A stretch of DNA of 64,000 nt, from the NCBI GenBank assembly GCA_963924565.1, contig OZ004607.1, positions 5,456,001-5,520,000 on the forward strand. The letters are read 5' to 3'. Below are positions 24,314-37,400 of the stretch, one piece after another (positions within the stretch are counted from its first letter, which is position 1; the number at the start of each line of letters is the position of its first letter). The DNA comes from Ascidiella aspersa (taxonomy: Eukaryota). The position numbers and the translations under genes are program-made. The notes below the pieces were generated by a model, which did not search any database, was not told the origin of the DNA, and saw only the letters and a program-made list of their open reading frames with translations.

Positions 24314-25272
24314 CCAATAGTCAAAGTGTTGCGTTCAGCAAAATAGGCCTTCAGTTATGTCTAGGCCGTGACGCGGTGTCGTCGGATTTAACATCGTCGA
24401 AGGGAATAGATTCCACGCTGTCTGCTTAATAACGCATGCAAATTAATAACGTATGCAAACAAAAACAACAACGCAAATCGCGCCCAGCGCGTATACAACG
24501 ATGCTAGGAATCTCAACGGCGGCGACTCAGATCAGCTTAAGGCCATTTCGTCGACCGTCGTGCACCTCACAGTCTGCCGTGGACGTGGATTTCGTTCCTG
24601 ATCCTTCCAGTTCGGCGTCTGCCCGTCGACTGCTACTGCAACCTACCGACGCTCAAGCAGCTTGACTGACGGCTCGGCGATGTTGTCGGTGTACCCAGGG
24701 ACAACGACATTAGCGGCCGCCTCGGCCTCTGTCGACGACCGCTAATCCCTACAACTCTAACAAACAAGACATCTTGATCGCATGAGGTGGCCCGCGCCGC
24801 CCACTAAGCACAGCCTGAAACACTGGCCGGAATGTAATAGCTGGCAATTCATATTCTGCGACACGTGGAATGTATAGACTGGAAATAGGTTCTTCTGTTT
24901 AAATAAATACCAGAAGAACTTATTTTCAGTATATACTATGCCTGGTAGCCACAGCATGTTTGTTGTGGAGCGTATACTCCTAAACCACGTTTGTAAGAAA
25001 AACGCCTTTAAGTTTAAAATTGCAATTTAAAGTAGAGTGCTAATGCTCCCTAACCTTGCGAACGATTTGTCTATTTTGCAGGTGTATAGTTGCTGGCCGT
25101 GGTAGACTGGTTTAAAGGCGCTGCAAAGCCGGTAAAGGAAATTAAATAAATAAAACAAATAAAAGACCGAAAACTGAATTGGCGAGGTCCTAACTATGCT
25201 GGCTTAGTGCTGGACTTTGGATTTTAAAACTGCGCTCGGCGAAGACCGCAAAGAAACAAGAAGACCGTGGGC

Positions 25273-25284
25273 ATGGAACCAACG
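25273..25284 (+). CDS. Meis: Candidate distal first coding exon (1a) of Meis: MEPT; exon probably 25082-25284 including 5'UTR
   Basis: ATG GAA CCA ACG followed by donor GTAAGA at 25285 (phase 0, matches exon 2). Upstream acceptor ctattttgcAG ends at 25081 with a CTAAC branch-like motif near 25050, and there is an in-frame TAG at 25087. Meis/hth genes have a 4-5 codon first exon (MAQR|YDD). Confidence 0.5.
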
Positions 25285-25319
25285 GTAAGAAAGGCTTTAC
25301 AGTTATAGTTGCACTATGG

Positions 25320-25669
25320 CAGGGGTTCTTAAACATTTTTTACCGCGGACCCCTAAACTATTTTTGTGCTTCGCGTGGACCACGGTAGCCAAGAAAATTT
25401 CAAAAAAAGGACGGCATAAATTGACGTCATAATTCAAATAGACTTCATAAATCTTCTGATTTCTGTCCAAAAAATGTGAAAGTGAAATGGAGTCTAAATA
25501 GGATTCAGTGCAAAGACGTTTTATTTTTAATTAAACTGTTTTCTTTGAAAAATTAATTACTTTTTAAATATACACTAATATTTCAATTAGGCCTTCATAG
25601 ACCCCCTAAAACTACTAAAACTAATTCACGGACCCAAGGGATCTACGGACCCCAATTTAAGAACCTCTG
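25320..25669. mobile_element. hAT MITE family C copy, 35 nt after the exon 1a donor
   Basis: CAGGGGTTCTTAAAC...TTTAAGAACCTCTG; collinear with 37262-37601. Confidence 0.88.
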
Positions 25670-28299
25670 CCCTATATATATAGTGTCACCCTTGCATATC
25701 AATACTAGGCAATTGAATATTCACGCGCAGTTGTGTGATATGGCCGGACGATCACTTTATGGCCAGTCCACTATTGTCCATCTGGTCTGTTTCAAGATGA
25801 TGTCTGACGTGTCGCCTATTCGTCTTTCGATTTCGTGCGCTACATCGTCGTGTTTTGTGGTTTTATATTGGTGTCCATATGCGCAAACTCTTGGCCTTTG
25901 CAACAGCTAAATTTGCCGTCTAATCTGAACAATCCAGCATAGAAATTAGAGATTCGATAAAAGCGTATTAAGCGGGTGCCCGATACCAATATGTACAGAT
26001 AATATCGGTGCCGATCCGATATGAGGTTGATATAAACATTTCAGCTAAAATTTATGATTCAACGAACTATATTTATCTTAAAAGTTAAAACTATTATCAT
26101 AAATTAAATACACTAACAACTCAAAGGTAATAAACGTTACAATTTAACTAATTTCCCCTCTTTGACTAAAGTAGTGACTTCATCAGGTATCGGATCAGGC
26201 CGACGGGCGTGTTTGCTTAAAACATAGGATACCAGTTTAAGTATAGGACGTATCTTATGCCAACCCTGACACTGCAAGCTGTTTTCGAATTAACTTTAAC
26301 CATAACCGCTCGCCGCTCGAACAAACCACAATCATTTGACTTCTTTTTCTCCTCCTGGTTGCCAGGGTAACACTGAGTTCACAGACAAAAGTCGGTCGCA
26401 TCCGGCACGACATCCGATCACGTGACCTCCCTCTGCTTCGAGATAGCCTGTCGTCGTGACCGGAAGTAACCTTTAGGTTTAGCAAGAGGAACTTAGGCGG
26501 GCCGCCAACTTTTGTTTGCTGGCCAACACGGAATTTCCCTCGTAGAAATCCAGTCGCTGGACCGCTGACTGCATTTCATAATTTGTGGCCTCCAAAAAAT
26601 CACGCCAATTTTTTTTTTGCTAAAAACCAACGCAAAGGGGGGGGGGGTATTTATATATGTGCGCTAAAACGGACGATATGTGCGCTAAAACGACAATTGC
26701 TTTTGGGAAATTGACTAGGCCGGCGATACTCAACGCCAAATGGCGTCATTGTCGTAATTTAGGGCAAGCATTCGACGCCAAAGATCGCTAGGGGAAGGCA
26801 CTAGAATGCAATCGGAGCTGAACTGAACTGGTCAAAGGACCAGAGTTCTTGCAGCGTCGTGGCATTTTGTGCGTCCTAAAACCGTTTAAATCATGCCCGA
26901 AGATCCCTGGCGGGAAATGGTGCAGGCTCGTTACTATGCTGATATAAGCGAAGGGGACGTTGAAAATGTCATTGCCCAGCACGTTTGGCGTCGCTTTCGT
27001 TTCCTGCTTTTTCTGTTCGACTGCTGTTTTCTCTTGTTGTTCAGTGGTTGCTGGTCGCGCTGCAAAACTAGCTACATGCTCTCGCCTTACCGCCGCTAAA
27101 CCCTTAAGCCGCGAGCTTCGCCGCACTTCCCTTCCCTTTTCGCGGAACGCCAGTCCTTGAATTGCGCCACCAGGCGAAGTAGCAGCTGCTAGGAAGGGCA
27201 CAGCTACGCAGTTGTTTCCACAAACCGCGCGAGTTCAGATCACGACGGAAAGTGACTTCTGTGTACGCTTGCAACGAGCCAAAACAGCGGTGTCGCGACC
27301 TTGAATTGCTTCGTTCGTGTCGGTAATGCAACAGAAGCCGACTCGGGCTCGGCGGTCACGCCCGGGCGCCCACGCCAATCCGTTGCTGTGACGTCATCAG
27401 CGCTAAGCGCGCGAGCTCGGCCCGGGGCACTTCGGCCACACAAGGTGATCCGCAGGTAATCCGGCCAAAGATAAACAGGCGCGCTGGGCTGGCAAGAGCC
27501 GAGCTGGCGACCTTTGCGCAGGCCATTCCGCCCTCTCTTTGTCAGGTAATACGGGAGCGCTATCACTGTTACTCGCCGCTGAGCAGATCCGCTGGCGAAT
27601 AATTGTTTCGGCGGCGCCACAAAATAGCTGCTATTTTTCCTCTGGCGAAAATTGCGCTCGGCGTATGAGCATTCAGGACTCGCCTCAAAAGCACAGGTAC
27701 ACGCGCGCTTTTTGGGAGTTGGTTCACACTATATATGCGCCTGGCGTCAACGAAAAACATGGACGCCTAACGCGTAAAAAACGTTTTCGGTTGCAAAAAA
27801 ATTAAAATATTTTAACTTTGAAGCTTTCGGTTAGAAGCGAGAAAATTTACCTTTAACACTCGCGTAATGTGTGAACTGGACGGCGCTATCGTCTAAAGTG
27901 AACCAACCTTTAAAGTCTCTTAATTCAAGCTTGAAAGCAAAGGAAGCTAGCCCTTCCAGTGTCAGTCGCAACGCAGTGTGTAGGTAGCTATCGAACAGAG
28001 TTCAGCTACGGAAACTAATGAGTCAAATGCATATAAACGAAAGCGTTTACGGCAAAGTGTTGGGTGTCCGCGTCCTAATCCTCCCTATGTACAAGTGCGA
28101 AGGCGTGAAGCGAGCCACGCACGATTGGCGGCGTCAGAGTGTCCCGGCGTATGTCAGGGCCAACGCCGCTTTTGTGTCTAGGGTACGTACGTGAGTTTCA
28201 CGCCTATTCGACCCGACCCCGTCGGCACTATAAGGAAGCTCTCAGGAGCAGGTGTTTGGAAAAGGATGAGCCACGCCTTCTTATCTATCGCGTCTAAAC

Positions 28300-28565
28300 T
28301 AGGGTTGCCATATTTTTTATTACGCACAAACCCTGACGAACAGAATTGATAGAGTTGTGATTCGTAAAATTATGTTGCAAATAAAGTATTGCACATATTT
28401 AAACAAATTTCTTGATTTTCAAAAATGGGAAACAATATGTGTGGAAAAATTGCCGAAACATTTAAAATACCCGACTTTAAAAAACTTTTTGGCGTTTCTC
28501 CCTGACGCAGATTTCAACACGAAATTCCCGCACATTTCAGCAAAAACTGACGTATGGCAACCCTA
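28300..28565. mobile_element. hAT-type MITE with TAGGGTTGCCATA TIRs
   Basis: Perfect 13-bp TIR; 7/8 TSD GTCTAAAC / TTCTAAAC. Confidence 0.88.
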
Positions 28566-31358
28566 TTCTAAACTGTACGACAGAACATGAAAGCGACGGT
28601 TTATTTATAAGGTTTAGGTTTTGTTCTATCCTGTACGAGTGCTATTGTTTCCAACACCATTCAATCCTAATGAGCCAAATCAAATAGAATCAGTGTAATC
28701 CAGCTAATCATCCAATCGCCGATGGTGTACATCTGGGTTTCACTTGCGCGTATAGCTGTAAACACAAAACCCGCCTGTCTGCATTAAATTATGCGATCGC
28801 ATCTTGTCGCAATAATCGTCCATTGTTTGAACGCGATGCCATCATCGTCGCCGATTAATGTCGATACGATTGCAGATGGGCCGATTTTACGCTCACAAAG
28901 GACTCGCTTTCTGTTACAAGCGCCGTCGCCAGCGCCCGCATGAGACCCTTTCACTCGCCCATGCAGCGACATTAATTTACTGCCTGCGCGTTTACGAGCG
29001 AACACACCAACTGTTAGCGCGTAATTTGCATTGTCCCCCATCACAGCTATATCGCGAGTTACGAGAGGGCAAATATTAGTTGATGGCCTGTTTCATGCGC
29101 TGAGATAAACACGGCCCGTCTCTTGCTGCCAAGTTATGTTTATGTTTTGTCTGTACGCCGCGCTGCGCTTTTTTAATGGCACAGGAATGCGATTCGTACG
29201 GATTTGGGTTTTTACACTGGATTTGCAAGGATGGCAAGTAAAACTAGGTAGGCTAAGTGTTTTTTAAGGGGGGCTGGAATTTTTAAATTACCGATAAATG
29301 TGTGCCGTTTTAGTATTTCAGTTTGTAAATGCAGGTTTTTATCTCTCAGTGGTTTTTATCGGTTAAAGCAGAGAATTGATAACCTAAGTAATGTTGCTAT
29401 TCTATTACTTCGCCCAAAAGTGCCACAATTTCACAAAAAAATCATTCCTAAGGCCGGCAAAATTGGAAAGGTGTGCAATGACATCTAGCGGTAAGAAATA
29501 TATCAGCGGAAAATCGCGTCGAGATAAAAGTTTTCCGATTTCATCTAGCATGAACCTGCGTTGCTACGTTAAACTTGTGCGAAAACAATAGACTTAAGAC
29601 TGGCGAGATGTTTCGGTGATAAAATAACTTTAGGGTGTTTTTGTGTGTAAAGTGCTTAATTGCGCGAGGCGGCGAGTGTATATACGGCAAGAGAGGCGGG
29701 CGCGACGAAAAAAGAACACTGTAACAAATTTCATTACACGGATCAAAGGGGTTTCTACAGTTAGGGCGTGCGCGCCGTGCCGAAGAATGCCTTTCTGCGG
29801 AGAAGGGCGGCTCACTTGGATTTCGGGCGTGAAATTCGCGTTACTTTCCAGTGCGGTCATCGTCGCGCCGTTTCAGGGGGCGGTCAGCGGTCAGTGGTCG
29901 TTTGATGTTGCCACGCTTGGCTGTGGGCCAATTTGCACCGGGACCACTTCAAAAGCAAGTTGTTTAACTCTCCCGTTATTATAGCAAGTTTTTTTGTTTC
30001 CGTACGTCTATTGGTCAACCAAAATGCCCGGCTGTTATAAAAGGAACTTAGCAATTCGTATTATGTCAGGGGTTTTAACATTTTATTTTTATGTAAGTCA
30101 AATATTGGTCGATTTTAGCGTAAATTAAAATCTATAGTCTTTTCCCAACCACGGTTAAAATCGCCTTTTTTTAAGCTCCTAAAGAAATCCGCTTAGTTAT
30201 TTTCGCCACTTGCCCAGTTTTACGCTTCGGCAACAAACAGTGATTTGATTGGAAGTATACCCGTGAAAACTGGACAGAAAACCCCTCTTGCTCGCCGCTT
30301 CGCTCAATGGTATGTGGAGACGGTCGGCAGTTCGCCTGTCGCTTGACCGATCCTTTTTTCTCCGCCACTCAAGCGTTCTTCACACGGGCGCGCGCTCGCC
30401 GAGTGATCACAAACAGGCAGGCCGCACTCTGCCGAGGTGCGAAAGATACATTACGTGACGCAGTTTTTTCTCGAAACGCGGCATTGTAGTCGCCGTCGTC
30501 GACGCACGCCGATCAGTCGTAAGCGAGAGCGCCAAGAACACAACAGCCTAGGAGATTTATGCGACTTTCAAGTTTAGCGCGAGCTTCGCAGGCGACGGGT
30601 GGTTAATTAATCGCCGAGACGAGAGCGTAAGGCCGTGGCCACTAGGCCTCTTTTGTTTGACTTGAAAAACCCAGCGCGTTTATTGGAGCGACTGTCTGCT
30701 CAGTGGTGGTGCCGACCGCGCGAGAATCACGTCTTATCCGTTTGTTTTATTCAATGGACGTGTTGGTGGATTGGCGTCGCGAGCGCGGCCCGCGCAACCT
30801 TGATTCATGGCGAAGTCAAATACACAGCGGGAAAAACGAGGGAGAGAGCGCTAGGGCTTTGAGATGGGTTTTGTGCAGGCAGTATCGAGAAAGGGCGATA
30901 TGGTTGCGGAAAGCTTTTGAGTGAAACAGAAAACGGAGCCAGGCAAAGGCGCAGGCAGCACCCCAGTGAAAAGAATGCGGCATAGGAATGGGCACAGGGC
31001 GAGTTTGGCAACGCACCACCGAGATTGAGATAACGCTCGGCGCATGACGCATTCGCGAGCGCCCTACTCCCTCCAGTTTCCAGCTCGCAGGCCTGAAACG
31101 CCACACAGGCTCTCAGCAAGCAGTGACAGATATCCTCGCTGTTGTCAGACCGAGTCGGCAGTGAGTGTGTGTGTGCTGTTCTCGCAGTTTAACGCCGGAC
31201 CTGCTGTTTTTTTTTTCAGTCGCTTGTTGCTAGTTTCTAGGCAATTTTTTGAGTTGAATAAAGTTAAAAAAAAACTGGAAAATATTTACGCCGTTTTTGC
31301 GTGAATTTTGGTGCAATAACGTGAAAGGTTCGGATTTTGATTTCGCGCAAATCTCAGC

Positions 31359-31376
31359 ATGGCGGCCGCCACATGT
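31359..31376 (+). CDS. Meis: Candidate proximal first coding exon (1b) of Meis: MAAATC
   Basis: agcATGG Kozak context; ATG GCG GCC GCC ACA TGT, then a perfect GTAAGT donor at 31377 (phase 0); 244-nt intron to exon 2. Confidence 0.6.
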
Positions 31377-31620
31377 GTAAGTATCAGCCGCTGTGTGTGT
31401 ATGCGTCCTTGTTTTGCTCGCCAGCTTCTCAATTAATGATTTACGCCGGCCAGGTAATTTTGATTTATGACCAAGTCGTCGGTTTGCCCAGTCACGTCCG
31501 GTACCATTTTGTATTTGATATTGGCTCGTAAAAGCGGTGGCCATTTTCAGACGGGATTTATTTCGCGTGCCAACTTGCAGCGTTCGGTGCCCGTAACACC
31601 TCTGTGTGTTTTAACCGCAG

Positions 31621-31901
31621 CAGTATGACGACACGATGGGACATTTCGGCGGAATGAACAACCTGGCCGACATGAATTCGACCACATCGGGATCGGGCGG
31701 TCTCTACGGCGGGGATTTGAGCCGTTCTTTGCCGCAGATTCCGCCGCTGTCGCACAGCACCCCTTACAATAGCAGTGGTCCTATGACGCCCCATTCCATG
31801 ATGCTGTCAAGTCAGGGACCGGGAAATTCGAACGCAATCGACGAGAGATTGAACGATTCGGAAAGGATGTCTATCAAAGGCGACAAGGATGCCATTTATT
31901 C
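31621..31901 (+). CDS. Meis: Meis exon 2 ((Q)YDDTMGHFGGM...KGDKDAIYS)
   Basis: Acceptor ttaaccgCAG|CAG. The ends resemble Meis1 YDDLPHYGGM and KRDKDAIYG. Donor TC|GTGAGT, phase 2. Confidence 0.93.
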
Positions 31902-34411
31902 GTGAGTACTGTTTTAAAGAAAAAAGTTCACTCGTCCAGCCCAATTTTTAACCAGTCCTAAACGACGGTTATCTCCTCGAAATCAACAGTGCTAGGCAAA
32001 TACATATATATATTAATGTATGCCTGGGCTAGGCTCAGGAGACTTATGCTGCGTGTCTCGGCTAAGTCGCGCAGTCCGTGCAATCGCACACAGCAAGACA
32101 GCTTTGAATAATTTATGTAAACATGCTGAGTGCCACGCGGTCCTATTGTGATCACATAAACGCTTCAATTACGCAAGCGAATTTCGTCCAAGGTGACAGA
32201 AGTAGACGCAATGCAAGTCAATTAACGCGCGCACTTGACAAATGGTCACTCTTGCCCGTTTTTTCTTATGTTTTTGCATGTGAATTGACTGTAACGCAAT
32301 TTATGATGTTAAACGTTGGGTTGTTTAAGTGAGAAACGTTACGTCAAGACGTATTAAAGCTGCAATAACCTTTGTTAAGTCGAATAAACGCAAACAAAAT
32401 GGCGTTTCCGCTCCGGATTTGATTGTCAAGTTAAACGAGGATTGTCTATTTGACGCCGCTTGGTCTCGCGAAATTTCCAATTTCAAAATGGCGGCACAAC
32501 ACCTGGTCGCCTAAACGGCGGGCGCTTAAACTTGATTTGATCACTTTCAGAACGACGATTTTGCGATTTTTAATCCACCGTCGTGCAGTTAACGGCCGTA
32601 AAAGACTTTTAACTCCCCATTAAGCGATTTTGTGGCTTTCTGTTTAAAGCTATTAAGAACGCGCGTGCCGAACGTTTGCCTGCCGACTGTTTTGTTCGAA
32701 CTGAACAAGTTTCGCTTAAGCGCGGTGAATTTCATTTTAGTTTTCGCCAATGTCTTTCACATTCAACCGTATAGCAAACGTTTTAAGGCGTGAAACTTAG
32801 CTGTAGCGGCCTGCTTTCAAACTCTAGCGCCGCCAGCAGTCAGCAACGGGTTCCCAGCACAGCCCTACAACACTACACAGCAGTAGGCGCGGAAATGTAG
32901 GCCACGCGATTGCGCTTTTCCAATTCGGTACCAGGCCTTGCACGATTTTCGTTTGGCGTTAGGAGTACGAAACTTCCTGTGACGTTTTCCGTTAGCGCTG
33001 AAACGGGAAAGGCGAGAAGTGAAACGTTTTCAGTTACACAGTCGAGTTCTCCCACCTCATCTTACCCAGCTGCAAAGAGGGGCGGCGGTCGTTGGCCGGG
33101 AGTCGGCCCTTGCCTGGCTTTCCACCTTTGCAAAAATTCCTTGAAACAAAATGCGCTACGCGAAAAAGGGATTCTCGCTGTGAGCCGGATTCTAGGTTTT
33201 GGCCTTTAGAAAATTCAGCAGTCGAAAATCAAAACAAACCAGTCAACAACCTGTTGTTGATTTGTCCCAGTATATTAATATACGCGATTAGACCGCGTTT
33301 TTAAGGCCTGGCGCATTTGGTAGTTAATGTAAACTTGGAATATATTGTTTGTCGTCGGTCTTGACATATTTTGTTGTTGGTAGCTGGCGGTTTTGCTATT
33401 CTGATTAGGCTTTATTGATTTCGCGGCGGCACGAAGCTAAAAACGCACTTTGGCTGCATCTGACTTATCGATTATTGTCCTCTTGCACTTTTTTATCAAC
33501 AGCCTCATAATCGTATGCTGCTGCGTTAAGGGTAAAACCTTCCCGACTCTGGCAACTTTTTTTTAACCAAACCAAACTGAGTTTTCAGACTGGTGCAAGG
33601 TGTCAAAGAAAACTTGACGAACGTCGTTTAAATCCGCGGCGCGGCGGCTATCGATTTTCCCCAAAAATGCGGGTTAATTTGTCAGATCGTGTTTTTCGCC
33701 GTTTGTTTAAAGGTTCGATTGAGCGATTTTGTGACAACACTTAAGCGGGCGCGCCGCTGAAGTTAAGTGTCGACACACAATCGTCCTGTGCGCCCAGGCT
33801 GCCCAAGAAAAAATAAACCCAGCGGCTACAGCAGTATCCCTAGAGTACAAGACTGGCCTGTCAGCCTGTAACAGCGTTCAAAATCCTACTAGTTGTCTTT
33901 AAATCCGCACTGAATCCTCGCGATGCGCGATCCGCGGCCGCCTAATCCCAGCGCGACAAAATAAGCGTCAACTGCCCCACGACGCGCCGGATTAGGGCAA
34001 CTTGTAACTGAAAAGTCGCACGCGTTGTGTTGTTTTGCCATTGTTGCTGCTGTTGTTGTTAAAATCAATTCAAGTCCTAGCGTGTACAAAAATGTGGCAG
34101 CCCTACCCCCAAACAGCCCAATGTGTAAAGCTTAAAGAGTTTTGCCCACTTAAATATATACTTAAGTTACATATTTTTCCTTGTTTGTTGTTATGTTGTC
34201 AACAGCGAGTGAAAATTTAAACTTGATGGCGTTTTTTTACGTTTTGCAGTTAGCAAGTTAAATAAAAATAAGTTCAAACGGTGTGAGTTGCTTGCACCGA
34301 GTATAATACCTTCTCTTGTCCAAACATAGCTAAAATAATATTTCGTTAAGACCCAGACACATCCAGCCCCGCCAAAGTACATTGTATTATCAGTTATGCT
34401 TGTTACTACTG

Positions 34412-37400
34412 AGATTGTGATATTTACGCAGTGCCTTTAAGGCCGCGTTAGAAATGCTTGCAAGCCCTCACAATTTTCAATATAAATTCTTTCATTGGTG
34501 AAACATGTTTTTTGTCAATTAAAAGTTAATTTTCCTCTGTTTTTCGAAGGTTAACTTTGTGGATAGAAACTCGCATTGTCTTGTCGGCTGAAATTCTTCG
34601 TTAAAATCAAGTGCCCCTTTGCTAATCAATTATTCAGACGCCCAAAAAAAGCGCGCAATTTTTTTGGAGCGTAGGTAGGGAAATGTTATATTCCGGCACC
34701 AGTTGTTGCGCTTCGGTGCCGCGTTCCAGTTTTGCTTCCACAAAGTTGTGGTCCGTTTGTTTCCCCTTGGCGGAACGGGCCGGGGCAATAAATCGAAACT
34801 AACTCGGTCACTTCCAATCTATGGCAAACAACAGCAAATCCGTGGCCAGGCAGAAACGCGCTACAGCGCTAAAGGAAAGGCAACCGGTAACACTTGGCCG
34901 TGTCTCTTCCGCTTTTGCAAGGGCGATTTCCCAGTCGTTTGGCCAGCAGCAGCAGCAGCAGCAGAGTAGCTTGACCGTCGGATGTCGGTGCTTGGCTCGC
35001 AATCGACGCGTCGCGTTCTAAGCAGTTCGCTAAACATCCGCGCCCTTGTCGCTGCACGTTAAAACGTGCCCGGTGATAAGCGAAACAAACACAAGGCCGC
35101 GACCGGGCGCTGCGAAAGCGGGTCAGGGGCGTGTGCGCCGCATTCTTAACGATTTACCTGGCCACAGGTGCTCACGTCGAATGCCCATGTATCTTTCCAC
35201 AGTTACAGGTCGACTTTTCGTCACCCTCGCGAAAACTAGGGATGTCCAGTGGTTTATATTGCTAACGTTTTTTGGATTAGGGTGAGAGTTTGGGTTTGGG
35301 TTTGGATGGGTCAAGTATTACTATATTTATTCTCCCATATTTAATACTTCCTTGTGTGCTGGTCTACAATCCTACCACAGCATTGAAACAATTATTAAAT
35401 CAAAAAATGTTCTGAAACCATGATAAACAGCAGTTTCAAGTTATATTTATCTTTTTTATATATATATTTCTTTGAGCTGTGTCCATACAGGAAACTGGTA
35501 CCATTTAACACCAAAAATATGGTTACTTACAAGTTGGCCTATTGAACACTTTTCGTCAAATCTCATTTGTTTCGACTAAAACTAAAAACCTAAATTGCTA
35601 GTTTTCGTCCCCAGCGTTGCAAACTTGTGTCAGGGGGCTTAGGTCGCTCCAGTTTCCTTGTTAGCTTGTTCTGGTTGTATTGCGTGTTTGTTTGTTTGCG
35701 CCTGCCCAGATTTTCTAAAAGTTAATCCCTCTGGCAAAGGGCGTCACCCCTTCCAGCACAGGCCTTTCCTATATTGTGGTGTTGATAAATTATGGAAATT
35801 GAAGGCTGCAGAGGATGCTTAACTAGATTGAATCACACACTTTTACCTCGCTTCGTTTTTTCGATGATCTAGCTTCTGTTAGAAAAATGCAAAACTGGAT
35901 TGTACTTTTTAAATGCAATTATAAATTGATTGATTTTTGCCGCCTGGTCTGGCAAGCCTTTCAGTGGTCAAATTGTATGACGATTGTCTTAGTGAAGCTA
36001 AAGTGATTCTTTAAGGAAATAGTTGAAAAAAAACTACCTTTTTCAAACAAAAGGTCCTGTTTAATACAACATCTTAACATAGCTGGTGAACAATTATTTG
36101 TAAGTACAACTTTGAGTGCAAATCAATAACACAATTTGCTTGAAATCATGGTGATATTGAATTTATTACTGATTAAATATCTATTATCACAATAATTTTT
36201 TTTTAGGTAAATTTATTATATTTTTTCTTAGCTGTTTTTGTTTTGGTATTTTGGATAACGTGAGTTGTGAGACTTTTTAATATTTTCAATTCATTTTGGG
36301 GAATATGCATGCATGTCTAATTGGATAGGTAGTTTTTTGGCCAACAACATATGCTTGGCTTTCCCAATATGGAATAATTACAATTGGATTTTTGTTGTTT
36401 GTCGATTCGGATGATTTGTGGCGAGTTGTTCTATCGTAATTTGTTTACTGAACTGCTCTTGAACCTGAAGCGGTTTTCTACCGAAGTTCAGCAATCTCGC
36501 GCTTGAGTTTCAGAGTGCCAATTACAGTCAGCGAAAAATGTTAAGCTGTCTCTCACCGTGCAATTACAACAATGCCATCATGAGAGCGATTCGGCAAACC
36601 TGGCGATTTCGCGTGAACCCGCTAAAAATAAAAAGCGACAGAGTAGGAGAAAACGAGTGTGCCGTAATCTACTCGAGTTTGATTTTTACTGGAAGTGTAA
36701 CCTGTTTTTAGAATTCGTACCCATTGCGTTTTTCATGAAAAATTAACTTAATAAAACTGTGTTGTGAAACACAGTTTTGAATGCCACGAATTAAACAGGT
36801 GTTCGGCAAAATTTCGAATGTACAAAGGCGCCGTTGTTTTTTCTCCGCACCTGTGGAGTTTGTCGTTTGTCGAGTGAAAATGTTATTAAACTCTCCAATA
36901 TTTTTTCTAATATTTGCTCATTAGCGCGGTTGGCATTTCGGTGATTTATAGATCCCCTGGCTTGTAAATGTCAATTTCCCGTGCACCTGTTCAACTTGTT
37001 AATTAGCTTAGGCAAAATAGTAGATTGTGATATTTACTTGGCACCTCTAAGGCCGCGCTAGAAACACTTGAAAAGCCTTTCTCATTCTAAATTTAATTTC
37101 TTAATTGTGAAACATTTTTTTAATGTTTGTTTCTCTTTTATTAAAGGTTCAATTTTTTTTTAATCTAGCATTGCCCCCCTCGCCTGAAATTCTTACCCCT
37201 AGCTGTAAATGTATCTTTCCCGTGTACAGCTGTTCAACCTTTGTTTCCAATAAGCTTAGGCCAGGGGTTCTTGAACTTTTTTTTACCGCGGACCCCTAAC
37301 AATTTTCTTTCATCTCACGTGGACCACTGTAGGCGAAAAATGTACAAAATTATGTCATAAATTGACTTCACAATACAAATAGACTTCATAAATTTGCTGA

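Noticed and set aside
31636-31905. ORF-track 89-aa stand-alone protein
   Set aside because: It is the internal part of Meis exon 2; the apparent stop TGA lies in the GTGAGT donor.
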